64,000 bases of DNA. Source: Cyanophora paradoxa CCMP329 (taxonomy: Eukaryota > Plantae > Glaucophyta). Below are positions 20,401-29,115 of this stretch, piece by piece. The notes under the pieces were generated by a model. That model was not told where the DNA came from. It was given only the letters and a program-made list of their open reading frames with translations, and searched no databases. Location: positions 243,777-307,776 of the forward strand of contig QPMI01000507.1 of the NCBI GenBank assembly GCA_004431415.1, in the 5' to 3' direction. A program made the translations under genes and the position numbers. Position 1 is the first letter of the stretch; every line of letters starts with the position of its first letter.

Positions 20401-21728
20401 GAGTTAACTGTCTCGCATCTCAAAAGTCGAATTGCTTAGTTATTTGCCCCTATAACAAACAGTGCGCGGAGCTGAGGGACTCTCTCAAAGTCCGCGGCAT
20501 CGAGAATATTACCGTTCGTACTTTGTATAATGTTCTCGGGATCCGTGTCTCAAATGATCAGACCTACGAAGAGGCTATGAGCGAAAAAGACCAGAGGGCG
20601 TTCGTCTCCGAGTTCAGCCACATTATGTTCGACGAGATATTCGCGTATTCTGTAAAAGATCTCGCTAAGATCAAGTCGTTTATCGATCGCTATCCGGATA
20701 TCAAATATTTGGCTAATGGCGATACCTATCAGAATGAACCAATTAATGACGACCTCTCGGTTTCTGATCGCAAAGGCTACTATAAGCGCGCTGTGCAGAG
20801 CATGTTCCCTAACGTTCTGAGTCTACGCATTAACAAGCGCCACAAGAAGGAGACAGACCGTGAATTAATTCGGGCGATTAAAGAGGATCTCTTCGAAAAC
20901 GGACTGGAAGCCGCACAGATTATCTCGAAATACGGGTTGCCGACAATTAATGATCTAAACGCTATTCCCGACGGCTACTTTGGCATCGCTTACAGAAACG
21001 AAATGACCTTAGCCTACAACAAACTGATGCACGATAGACGAAAAGTAAATATTGCAACCGTAGAGGTCAACGGCATCAAATTCTACAAAGGTTTGGAAGT
21101 CGTTTGCCGCAGGTATCTACGCATTTCGCGATCTGAGGGTGAGTCTATTAATGCATACACAAATTACACCTATCGGATCACCAAAATCACAAAGCAAATG
21201 GTCACATTAACGGACGTTTTCGATGGTGTCACGTTCGAGGTTCCGTGCGCGATGTTAGAACATTTTTCTCTCCCTTATGCAGGAACAGGTCATTCAACGC
21301 AAGGTCTCACACTTGATTCGGGCATTGTCATTTGTGAGGCTACGTTCCGCTATACCACTCGCGAATGGTTCTATACCGCGCTCACTCGTAACCGTGATCT
21401 GTCTACTGTGCTGATTTATACACCGATTCACAGATTCCAAGGAAAGAGCGACTACATCGAATATCTGAAAACGAAGATCCGCGGTTACAAATGCCAGGAT
21501 CAGCGTGCCGGGCGCGATTTCGACGAGGCGGATTATATTACGCCGGAGTGGATACTAGAGCGCAAGAAGCAACAGAAGGGCGCCTGTGCGATCTGTTCCC
21601 TTCCGATTCAGACTGAGCCACAAGATCCGAATTACAAGCTCGTCGTGGATCGCATCAATAATAAGCGCCCACACCTTAAAGACAATTGCCAGCTCGTGCA
21701 TCACGGGTGCAATTGCAGCAAAAAATAA
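17418..21728 (+). CDS. PolB-like / SF1 helicase / HNH-like fusion (family B)
   Basis: PolB-like motifs DMAKCYP, KKHILVKEIG and RTDC. Helicase motifs PGSGKST, FDEIF, GDTYQNEP, TGHSTQG and YTALTR. C-terminal CAIC...VDRINN..HLKDNC...CNC. Confidence 0.85.
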   Translation: MPRATNRIANNVRDEIIGYIMQGLSQDLLTEEQAHWAMHNTMNRKPKLQTLIDIRDTLNGIINPRVFRRAERKEKRAARTQVNIEKQKQKEQEAKRLQRFDRKQEQKRAKEAKLQAKQFKGQLKAVEDAIKRTILDPIAAYDPETLATITFKLWGPGSGARSSEVIVIPGIPGTYIKDRTFVTYQNIRETVSVRVLRNFALAKIDRVYGILTAENRYYSEERDSIFDLLENYDELKIGLGTFGQAYEMFFFKTPPTEEQKKLRKGFDDFGGSVDDAFITVHEVVIDGDEGVEDDGAGAIPGDRYAFLDEELTDSMRCTAIMSKFTDYTLNPNASEFEDVIELPKSSTSNACGYDMIISTWGASIKKCQEAPKPRYTDLTMSYDGLYKFFHGRERTPGDSLALTLRHIEKFCKRIQTGFRVFDVDGKLIYKFAAESINKNIFPRNIHFMIHNKHIYIFNDNIKSLEMRIAKMEVEELDNHVPKSNSSLALYKIPTCLTHDIFAHTSKDLLKITQLKLSPDERSFIRILYTGREGLEGLLFTFLKMRYEPAVKLTPSKQIDSITFKANGSMFSIKDPRTTDHFIEQDFETEEYYNKVCEIGKGFRESLLNATNISHYSPNMREILTHYKRSALSGFFYKPNPKATYTAVDMAKCYPSILKGMQYLPKYNVFDDFVPFKAGSDILEYAIYYVRVVAFEREQATFADDEDIDYDAAMSRKIDGIEIILDRAFSVSGRCYNFMTGYTLSMHWADVKDKIEIIAVAEPSHLVPNTSIAEMKKVLSSDIQTTDKKHILVKEIGMLGKFQDSQTSTKMFYNRAEAERFAQECGGTVEVFTFNPKNSKRVKTLSEFEGHIYFVKISSHRELVNGFLPIHFHIYDRNRANMFAQYKRLTARGHKVAGIRTDCLYIEGSWTSKKEFDRNAFENMGKFSYIPGKRCPENALRPPRGVTLEIQDPDTLINRFSLRDEFNPECFNRVAELHNRMLVLADMPGSGKSTLGVNCLASQKSNCLVICPYNKQCAELRDSLKVRGIENITVRTLYNVLGIRVSNDQTYEEAMSEKDQRAFVSEFSHIMFDEIFAYSVKDLAKIKSFIDRYPDIKYLANGDTYQNEPINDDLSVSDRKGYYKRAVQSMFPNVLSLRINKRHKKETDRELIRAIKEDLFENGLEAAQIISKYGLPTINDLNAIPDGYFGIAYRNEMTLAYNKLMHDRRKVNIATVEVNGIKFYKGLEVVCRRYLRISRSEGESINAYTNYTYRITKITKQMVTLTDVFDGVTFEVPCAMLEHFSLPYAGTGHSTQGLTLDSGIVICEATFRYTTREWFYTALTRNRDLSTVLIYTPIHRFQGKSDYIEYLKTKIRGYKCQDQRAGRDFDEADYITPEWILERKKQQKGACAICSLPIQTEPQDPNYKLVVDRINNKRPHLKDNCQLVHHGCNCSKK

Positions 21729-21746
21729 ACAGGTTTAATTAGAAGA

Positions 21747-23129
21747 ATGTCACGGATCGTTAGAAGGGTAGCGGGCGAGGAAACGGAGACTACCATACTA
21801 CCTATCGCGGTTCCTGAAACTGAGCAAGTCCCCCAAAAAATTACAAAACGCCAAGCAAAATCAAATTTATTAGGAGATGTTCCTTTTAGCATTGCTAACC
21901 CGTCCTCTAAGATCGTGCGACGCATGTATGACCCAAAGACAGGTTTTAAGAACCCATCGGCATTGTACGAAGAGCTGAGAAAAGAGGACAAGACCCTCAC
22001 TTTGAAAGAAGTGCAAGACGTCGCAGCGAAACAAGAATTTATGCAGATCAACAAGAAGCCCCCGGCACCGACCCAAACCGCTTTTATTCCCATCACAGCC
22101 CCGCCGTGGTGCTATCAAGCGGATCTCATCTTTTATCTCTCATATGGCAATTATAATTCCGGCTACATTGCAGTCCTTACTCTCATCGAGATGACAAGCC
22201 GAAAAGCATATGCCAAGAAGTTAAAGAATAAGGAGGGCGCAAGTGTTGCCGCCGCTTTTGCGGAGATGCTCACAGAGCTCCCGGCTCCAATGATTCGATT
22301 AGAGACAGATAACGGTTCGGAATTCATCGCGAAGGAGTTTCAGGAGGTCGTTAAAAATAATGGAATAGAACACCGCTTTAAACAGGTCGGAGATCACACT
22401 TCGCTGGGAATTATGAATCGCTTTCATTTGACCTTAAAAACGATGATAAACAATTACTGTGTCGCTTATAACACTGTGCGATTTATGGATAAATTGGACG
22501 ACTTCGTTTTCAATTACAATAACACAATTCACAGAACAATAGGAATGAAACCCGGGGATGTTAAGCTCTCAGATATGGAGCGGATCCGAGCGGCTATTAT
22601 CTCAAAGAGGAATACGATCGTCAAGGATATATTCAGCGACTTTAAACCTGGTCTCCACGTCCGTGTGTTGTTGCCGAGATCGAAATTCGACAAAGGGGCG
22701 ACCCAAAGGTATAGCAGAGAGGTCTACAAAATTGCGGGAAGGAGAGGAAACGCAATAGAGGTGCAAGATGCAGCAGGAAACGTGATGCCGAAGCTGTTTA
22801 AGCCGCACGAATTGCAGATTATCTCAGAGGTCGAGGCAGTGGTGGAGCCATCGGGCAACGCTATTTTAGCGGCTGATGTAGAGGCAGCTTCAATCCGGCA
22901 GGTTCAAAAGGAAGGTATAGATGTCGCCGCAAGTGTTCCCAAAGGCGACCTACTGGAAGATCGCGCAGAAAAGACAAAGAGGGCGCTGAGAGAGCTCGCT
23001 AAATTAACGATCGCGGGAACTGAGAAGCTCTCAGAGGTAAACAGTCAGAGGTGGTATAAATCATTCAAGAATCAGAGCGCAAGCTATACAGCCCCTACTA
23101 CGCGTATTCTTCGGTCATCTCGTTCATAA
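21747..23129 (+). CDS. rve-type integrase (family B)
   Basis: YQADL, TDNGSEF, MNRFHLTLK, YNNTIHRTIGMKP and an SH3-like FKPGLHVRV..KFDKG. Confidence 0.9.
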   Translation: MSRIVRRVAGEETETTILPIAVPETEQVPQKITKRQAKSNLLGDVPFSIANPSSKIVRRMYDPKTGFKNPSALYEELRKEDKTLTLKEVQDVAAKQEFMQINKKPPAPTQTAFIPITAPPWCYQADLIFYLSYGNYNSGYIAVLTLIEMTSRKAYAKKLKNKEGASVAAAFAEMLTELPAPMIRLETDNGSEFIAKEFQEVVKNNGIEHRFKQVGDHTSLGIMNRFHLTLKTMINNYCVAYNTVRFMDKLDDFVFNYNNTIHRTIGMKPGDVKLSDMERIRAAIISKRNTIVKDIFSDFKPGLHVRVLLPRSKFDKGATQRYSREVYKIAGRRGNAIEVQDAAGNVMPKLFKPHELQIISEVEAVVEPSGNAILAADVEAASIRQVQKEGIDVAASVPKGDLLEDRAEKTKRALRELAKLTIAGTEKLSEVNSQRWYKSFKNQSASYTAPTTRILRSSRS

Positions 23130-23168
23130 CAAACCCTAAAATTATTTTCTCCGGTGAATATAAAAGAG

Positions 23169-23483
23169 ATGGAGGGTGAAAAGCATTTCGTTGACATTCC
23201 GTATGATACAAAAAACGTTGCGAAATCCCTCGGTGGAAAGTGGGATCGTGAGAATTCATGCTGGTATGTCACGAAGAAAGATCACCCCCTATGCTCTCAG
23301 TTCAAAACTCTAAGCTATGAGCAAGTGTATCAAAGAAACGTGAAGGTTTACCTCGATATTCCTTATGAATTTAAGGATCAAGCGAAGGCTGAGAGAGCCC
23401 GGTGGGATCCCGTCATGCGATGCTGGTATGTCATGGGTCTCGATCACCCGCTAATGGGCAAGTTTCCGATCAAGGAACATTAA
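23169..23483 (+). CDS. Tandem DUF5710-like repeat protein
   Basis: Two copies of DIPY..K..AK....WD....CWYV. Confidence 0.75.
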   Translation: MEGEKHFVDIPYDTKNVAKSLGGKWDRENSCWYVTKKDHPLCSQFKTLSYEQVYQRNVKVYLDIPYEFKDQAKAERARWDPVMRCWYVMGLDHPLMGKFPIKEH

Positions 23484-23508
23484 ATGTATATGTCGCTTTT
23501 TTCATTTT

Positions 23509-23900
23509 TTATGAAATTGGGAACCTTTGCTCGACCTGTAAGTCCCACTTTCGAACTTTCAGCCTTTCTTGTATGAGTTCGTTAATGTCCCGTGCTATAC
23601 CCATTGTCTTCGCTTCGGCATTTGAGCCGCATGTAAAGATATCGATCGCTAATAGCCCCTGGTCGCTGTAAGAGTGAGCTGTCGCATGCGACTCATCCAA
23701 TAGAAAGCCAATCGCGAAACCAGGAGGGGAAATAGAGCCATCGAAAATGCAGGTGTGCTGATGCACGATGCGCATCTTGCGATCTGTTATATATTGCGAC
23801 AGGTTCGCTGTGATCCACTCGGCGCATGCCTCCGGGACTCGGTGAACGGGTCGGTTATATAGTCAAGCATAACGTGGTAGCCGCGGTATCGGGAATCCAT
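23509..23900 (-). CDS. speD: S-adenosylmethionine decarboxylase family proenzyme (frameshift near 23835)
   Basis: GYHVMLD, PPGF...LLDESHATAHSY and IDIFTCG (pyruvoyl ESH cleavage site). Confidence 0.8.
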
Positions 23901-24143
23901 TATTAATTATAAAACAAATATTTAATGACCCTATGATACTTACATGGTCGTGTTAGCCTCGTCAAGACGGTCACGGCGCTATTTTTGGTTTTGCAAGGCG
24001 ATGAGTTGGTGAAGAGATGCAGTGATTTGTCGGTTTGCGTGGCGGTTTCGTTTGTTTTTCGAGTTTTTGAAGTGTTTTTCGAATTGGTTTTTTACGTCTT
24101 TCGTTGTTTTTCGTTTTTGTTTGTTTTTCAGTTTTTTGCATTT

Positions 24144-24244
24144 TGTCCACAAAATAACCACAAAACTGGTATCCCCGGTGTCCACAGAATGGGTATCCCC
24201 GGTGTCCACAAATGTCCACAAAATGGGTATCCCCGGTGTCCACA
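24144..24244. repeat. Iteron-like direct repeats
   Basis: GGTATCCCCGGTGTCCACA at 24168, 24192 and 24226. TGTCCACA five times. Flanked by T-rich and A-rich tracts. Confidence 0.85.
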
Positions 24245-24502
24245 AAACCGGTCTCCCCCCTTTCTAGTGGCTTCTGATTGGTCGAACATCGAAAAACACA
24301 TAAAATACTACTTTGTGGCATGCTATATGTTTTCGGGATCGCCGCGATGTGATGACCCCGAATATGTCGGTGACGCCGGTATATATATGTATATGTCGTC
24401 ATATGCGAAAAAAACAAAAAAAACACAAAAAATTCAAAGTTGTGCGGGATCACACACACGGAGGTTCGGACATATATACGAAATATATATATGACTGAGT
24501 CG

Positions 24503-25311
24503 TTATTTTTCACCAAGTTCATAGTTAGTCATTATGATATGGTTCCTTTTTCGTTTTGTTATACCATACACTTTGCCATACGTATGGCGAATATAGGGTT
24601 TAAATAGGAGTTTCATTAAAAGAGCATCATTTACAACCATCATAACCTTGCATTTCGCTGTCTTAAATAGGTCTTCCAAATCCAAAAAGAAGGTTTCTAA
24701 ATCGAATTCTACATTTTCGTAAAAGTCATTATTGCTGTTTACGTATGGAGGATCGAGAAATATAAAAGCCGCTTCATCATCTCTATATTTGGCTACAATA
24801 TCGCGAAAATCCCCATGGGATAGGCTGGCTCCTTTAATAAAATCATCGTAAGGTATCTTCTTTTTAAGAGTTGTATATGGACTCACCTTCACGTTTCGTT
24901 TTTTGAAATCACGGAGGGTTTTAACATTTAAAACGCTGTTTTTAAGAAGATAGAAATGGTGAGCTAAGTAATCCATTGCATCTTTACGATCATGTTGTAG
25001 AAACTTCTTATAGACTTCTTTATGCTCTTCTATATTGCTTACTGCTTCGAACTGTTTAAGACTCTCTAAGAGTTTAACTTTATTGTCTGGTCTTTCATTG
25101 TATTCAAAAAAAGGGTATGGGTTTCGTCGTTATCATTCATATAATAATCAAACCGGTCTTTATGCTTTTCCCAAAGATAGAAACTACAAGCACCTGAACC
25201 ACAAAACGGTTCTATAACTTTATTAATTCCTTCTAAATCGATATATGGATAGATCGTATCCATTTCATTATACTTGTTGCCGGTATATTTATGGTAAAAG
25301 TGAGTCTTCAT
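24503..25311 (-). CDS. Dam-like (D12 class) DNA adenine methyltransferase, frameshift near 25085
   Basis: YTGNK, IEPFCGSGA and IFLDPPY. Two ORFs join with one indel. Confidence 0.85.
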
Positions 25312-25359
25312 TTATTATAGGAAGAGAAAAACAATTTATATATGTATCTCGCATGTTGT

Positions 25360-26213
25360 TTGCATGTATCTTGCATAGTGGGCGGGGCGCGAGTGGTTCC
25401 AGTGAATCTATTCGTACATTTCGATTGAATTCGCGAGTGTGTGCAGGTGGGCATTTTCGGCAGCACAAACTTGCTTTAAAAAGAATAGATAAAGTGCAAT
25501 TCGGTTTTAACTCTTACGAGTTTTACTATAACATTCTCGGCATTGATAGTAGAGACCATCCTTTGTGCTTTGTTTTTTATTATACTCGCTTGCAGGCTTT
25601 TCAATCTTGCAGTGCGAGCATACCTTCGATTGTACTTCGATCTTCGGACGCGTTTTTAACACGAAATGATAAAGGTAATTGTGATACTCTCGATCACAGT
25701 CTTTGCATCTCCACGACAATGTTTTATTCCCTGAGCTACTCTTTTTCAATTCATAACTTGATGCCGGTTTTACCTTGTCACAAACATTGCATTGCTTACT
25801 CTCAGGTAGATTTACTTGATTGCTTGCCATTGTTACAGTATATTAACGGGAAGTCTTTAAGTGGGGATCACTTGTTTAATTGGTGGGCTCACCTTGATTT
25901 TTCAATTTGGCTAACTGAAAACAGTCCGGAAACGATCGGGAACATTTCATTAAAATAGGGGTCTTACTGTCCTTACTGAGAGATCGGGGGAAAGTTAAAG
26001 GGCTTACTGGGAATGGTAAGGAATTAGAAAAATGAAGAATGAAAGGGTTTCGTGATTGGTTTCAGTAAGGAGAGGTTAGATGTTTGAAAAATACAGTGCT
26101 AATTTATAATTTGTTACTGAGCCTTACTGAGAAATTTGAAAATGGATAATGGGCTTACTGAGAATGGTAGTGGGGAAGGTCGCGCAATTGGTGGGGTTGG
26201 CCACCCAGCGAGC
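25360..26213. repeat. Right TIR of B1 (variant of B2 TIR)
   Basis: Patchy high identity to 55198-56123. Same ...GCGAGC end. Confidence 0.8.
25507..25830 (-). CDS. TIR-encoded zinc-finger protein (two CxxC...CxxC repeats)
   Basis: CNVC..KPAS..CKDC and CSHC..KPAS..DGLYYQCREC. Homolog of 31700-32023. Confidence 0.75.
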   Translation of the reverse strand: MASNQVNLPESKQCNVCDKVKPASSYELKKSSSGNKTLSWRCKDCDREYHNYLYHFVLKTRPKIEVQSKVCSHCKIEKPASEYNKKQSTKDGLYYQCRECYSKTRKS

Positions 26214-26532
26214 CAGGGATTATATACTTGAAACCACCATGAACGAAACGGACCTCATTAATAAAAGAAGAACCACCATTGGGGAGGGTGCAGGCTACAC
26301 CACCACCAGTGGCAATCTTGAAATAGAGCGAAACACCAGCAAGGAGTTGCTTGCGAGGTAGATCAAAGTAAGCGGTATTCTTGAAGCCAAAAGTGTTGCC
26401 CCGGGGACGAACTTGCTCGAGGAATGGTTTGTATTTGGGGTTGGTTCCGATTTGGAGACCAGGGGAAAGATAAATTTGATCGGAACCGGGAGTTACGAGG
26501 AGTTCCTTCAGGGTAGTTCCAGTGAGTGCCAT
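26214..26532 (-). pseudogene. 5' part of family A major capsid protein, cut by the B1 terminus
   Basis: TLKELL..., AYFDLPRKQLLAGVSL and FINEVRFVHGGFKYIIP align with B MCP TLKSML, VVFKIPRYHFLNGLAL and LIKRIEISHASFRYVVP. Frame then runs into TIR sequence. Confidence 0.75.
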
Positions 26533-26584
26533 CTCTTATGTTTAAAATACCAAAAGAAATTTTTAAAATGCTTTATTAAACAGA

Positions 26585-27471
26585 ATGACGCGTTACTATC
26601 TCAATATTGATTCCAGGGACCGATCGGATGGAACCCCAACTAATTTCACATACAGACTCCCTTATGCGATCCAAAAGGTCAGAGCCTGTCGAGTAACGAA
26701 CTTTGAGATGTTTCACAATCTTTACAACCTCTCTGAAGTAGGAACCCTCACCACACAAACACTCGATAATGCTGGGAACCCAAAGAATAGAAACAACGAA
26801 GTCCTCCGAGGTGCATATACACCGGATTCACTGGTGAATTATCTGATCGCTCGCATTGGATCCCAGCCCTATAATCAAGCGGGTGGCGGAACTTACACTC
26901 GCCATTTCTATGTAACCTATGATCCACAACATTGCTTCTAAGGTTCATGTGTGAGGTTCCATTCTCAATCACTATGAACACTCAACTCTTAGCCAATTTC
27001 TGTGGTTTTGAAAATGCTAACACACTGTACCAATCGAGTCCTCTATCATCTAATGTCACAGTTGGAGCCTTTACTTATGCTCACTACATTGATAGTGAAA
27101 TGCCATTAGATCTACTATTTAATTCCTATTTGCTTCTTCATGTTGATCCACTGAAAGGAAGATATGTGAGCAATAACAAACGAGATAACAATGCTATCGC
27201 GAAAATTGAGATTGACCAAACGGTTGGCAGTCTATTAAAATATGATTCATCGAATAATTCCATGATCGTTCACGAGCAGAATGGCTTGGTTGAGGTTGAG
27301 ACTCTAGATGTGAGACTTTCTTACTGGAATGGAGCCACAGCAGACATTACTACCGACTGGTCGATGACTCTTGAACTGATTACTGAAGATGATAAAGATC
27401 TGACGAAAAAAGCATTGAAGAATGTCATAAAAGAGTTGGAGGGACTCTACCTGCCGTTCTCACGGTCATAG
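26585..27471 (+). CDS. Family A minor capsid (penton-like) protein, frameshift near 26935
   Basis: LNIDSRDR..PTNFTYRLP, GAYT and VETLDVRLSYWNG...WSMTLELIT. Confidence 0.75.
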
Positions 27472-27507
27472 GAAATACTGTAGAATAAATTTGTTTCAAT
27501 ATTACAA

Positions 27508-28284
27508 ATGGCTCGCAAGACTCAACCCAAGAATTTCTTAGCCAAACCAGCCGCTGAAGCGGATGTTGGCAATGGTGAGAATGGAAGGAACTGGTATAAG
27601 AAATCGAAAGGACTCGCTGCATACGGAACTGGTGACCTCGAAAAGGAAGTCCATAAAGAACGAAACCAATTCACCCAAGCCACTACGAAAAACAGTAATG
27701 ATGATAATGCCCTTGTTGACCAAGTCCCACTGAACCGCATGCCCGGAGCCAAACGAGGAATCAAGAAAGGACAGTTCAAATCATCCACAAAGGACAAGGT
27801 TGCCTCATCATCGACACTGCTGAAACTGCTTGATGGTGGTGAGCGACTCTACTCAACCTATTCCGAGAAAGACCATCGCAACCGCTACTTTATTCGTTCA
27901 ACCACTGGTGGACTGAAATCTGTAACATATCAGTATGCTAAGAGTCTTGTTGATGGTATTGCAGCAGAGACCAAAAACGAAAACAAGATCAAGGAACAGC
28001 CAATCACAAAGGAAAAGGTTGAGAAGAAACCAGAAGTAACCCATGAAGTTATTCCCGAACCTGTTCATGTGGCAAAAGACTCACCTACAGAATTGATTGC
28101 AAAGACCATTGAGTATCAAGACTCCAACAAAACGGATTTGCCGGTTCTCAATAAGTCGATCCTTCGGGTTGCCACTTCGCAGGCTGATCCAGTCAACTCG
28201 ATTCCAAATGCTGCCCCAATGGTCTCTGGATTCGCCAAGCTTGGTATAAGACCGGTTATCGCCGTTAAGGATCAATCTGAATAA
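27508..28284 (+). CDS. Lys-rich hypothetical protein
   Basis: 258-aa ORF. Its 3' end is repeated at 1-150. Confidence 0.7.
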   Translation: MARKTQPKNFLAKPAAEADVGNGENGRNWYKKSKGLAAYGTGDLEKEVHKERNQFTQATTKNSNDDNALVDQVPLNRMPGAKRGIKKGQFKSSTKDKVASSSTLLKLLDGGERLYSTYSEKDHRNRYFIRSTTGGLKSVTYQYAKSLVDGIAAETKNENKIKEQPITKEKVEKKPEVTHEVIPEPVHVAKDSPTELIAKTIEYQDSNKTDLPVLNKSILRVATSQADPVNSIPNAAPMVSGFAKLGIRPVIAVKDQSE

Positions 28285-28481
28285 TATAATTTCTCAAACA
28301 TTGTTAGCGCTACGTAACCAATCCTATCCCGTAGGCTCAAAACTTCTTCATTTTTATGGAGGCGTTGTAGAGCGAAGTGAAATATCCATAGGTAAATCAC
28401 TTTAATCACCTGTTCTACCGGTTCAGTGGTAGAAACTTGCAGCCGACAAGTGAACCTTCTGGGTATCGGTGGCTTTATCAT
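28272..28481 (-). CDS. Possible small hypothetical protein
   Basis: 69-aa ORF. DNA conserved at ~190-380, but that copy is indel-rich. Confidence 0.3.
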   Translation of the reverse strand: MIKPPIPRRFTCRLQVSTTEPVEQVIKVIYLWIFHFALQRLHKNEEVLSLRDRIGYVALTMFEKLYYSD

Positions 28482-28616
28482 TTTTCCAGCATCTTCTTTC
28501 GTACTGGATGCTCTGCAATCGGGACCAAAATTTGACAGGAGTTTATTCGCTATATACAGACAGAAAAACTACTTAAAGATTTCTTAACATATATTAAGAG
28601 AGTAGAAAAGGACAAC

Positions 28617-28874
28617 ATGCCAATCAGTGAGGCTCAGAAGCGTGCTACTTATCGTTATCGTAAAACTGAAAAAGGTCAGGAATATTTGAAAAAGTACAAT
28701 GCCAGATTTGCAAAGCAAATGCGTGACTTATACCATACTGATGAGTGTTACAGAGCCATGAAGATCGTTGAGAGTTCCCAGCGTCTCTATGCTTCCAATG
28801 CAGTCTGCTTTGTGAAGTATCTCTATGGTGTCCCGTATTCTAACCGTGGTCGCAAATCGAAATATCTCTGTTAA
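28617..28874 (+). CDS. Small basic protein (homolog of 518-781)
   Basis: Same position and motifs as in A1. Confidence 0.75.
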   Translation: MPISEAQKRATYRYRKTEKGQEYLKKYNARFAKQMRDLYHTDECYRAMKIVESSQRLYASNAVCFVKYLYGVPYSNRGRKSKYLC

Positions 28875-29115
28875 TCGTTTTTCTCAGCGCGATCTGCTCT
28901 GAGAAACCCGTGGGAAACGCGCTGGAACCACAAATATAATCATTCTGTTATTTTTAGAGTTCGATGATCGAGCCAACCCTTTGTTATTTTTATGAATGCC
29001 CTCGACTAAATTTATTTTGTTGGAGACTTTTGGTTTTGTCGGTAAAATTTGACGCGAGTATAAAAGTATTTAAAGAAAACTTTTGTAGGTATATATTAAT
29101 AGAGTGAACAAAGAA

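Larger units (their letters stand above)
6572..26213 (+). mobile_element. Family B PLV copy B1 (left part displaced or outside window)
   Basis: Colinear and mostly near-identical with 37110-56123. Its right TIR ends ...CCACCCAGCGAGC at 26213, inside the family A MCP gene. Confidence 0.88.

Noticed and set aside
24144-24244. CRISPR array or bacterial DnaA-box origin
   Set aside because: Spacers are only 5-15 bp and not unique. No cas or dnaA genes are present, and the context is a eukaryotic virus.
23971-24522. ORFs across the low-complexity island
   Set aside because: They are open on both strands because of base skew and repeats, with no protein-like features.
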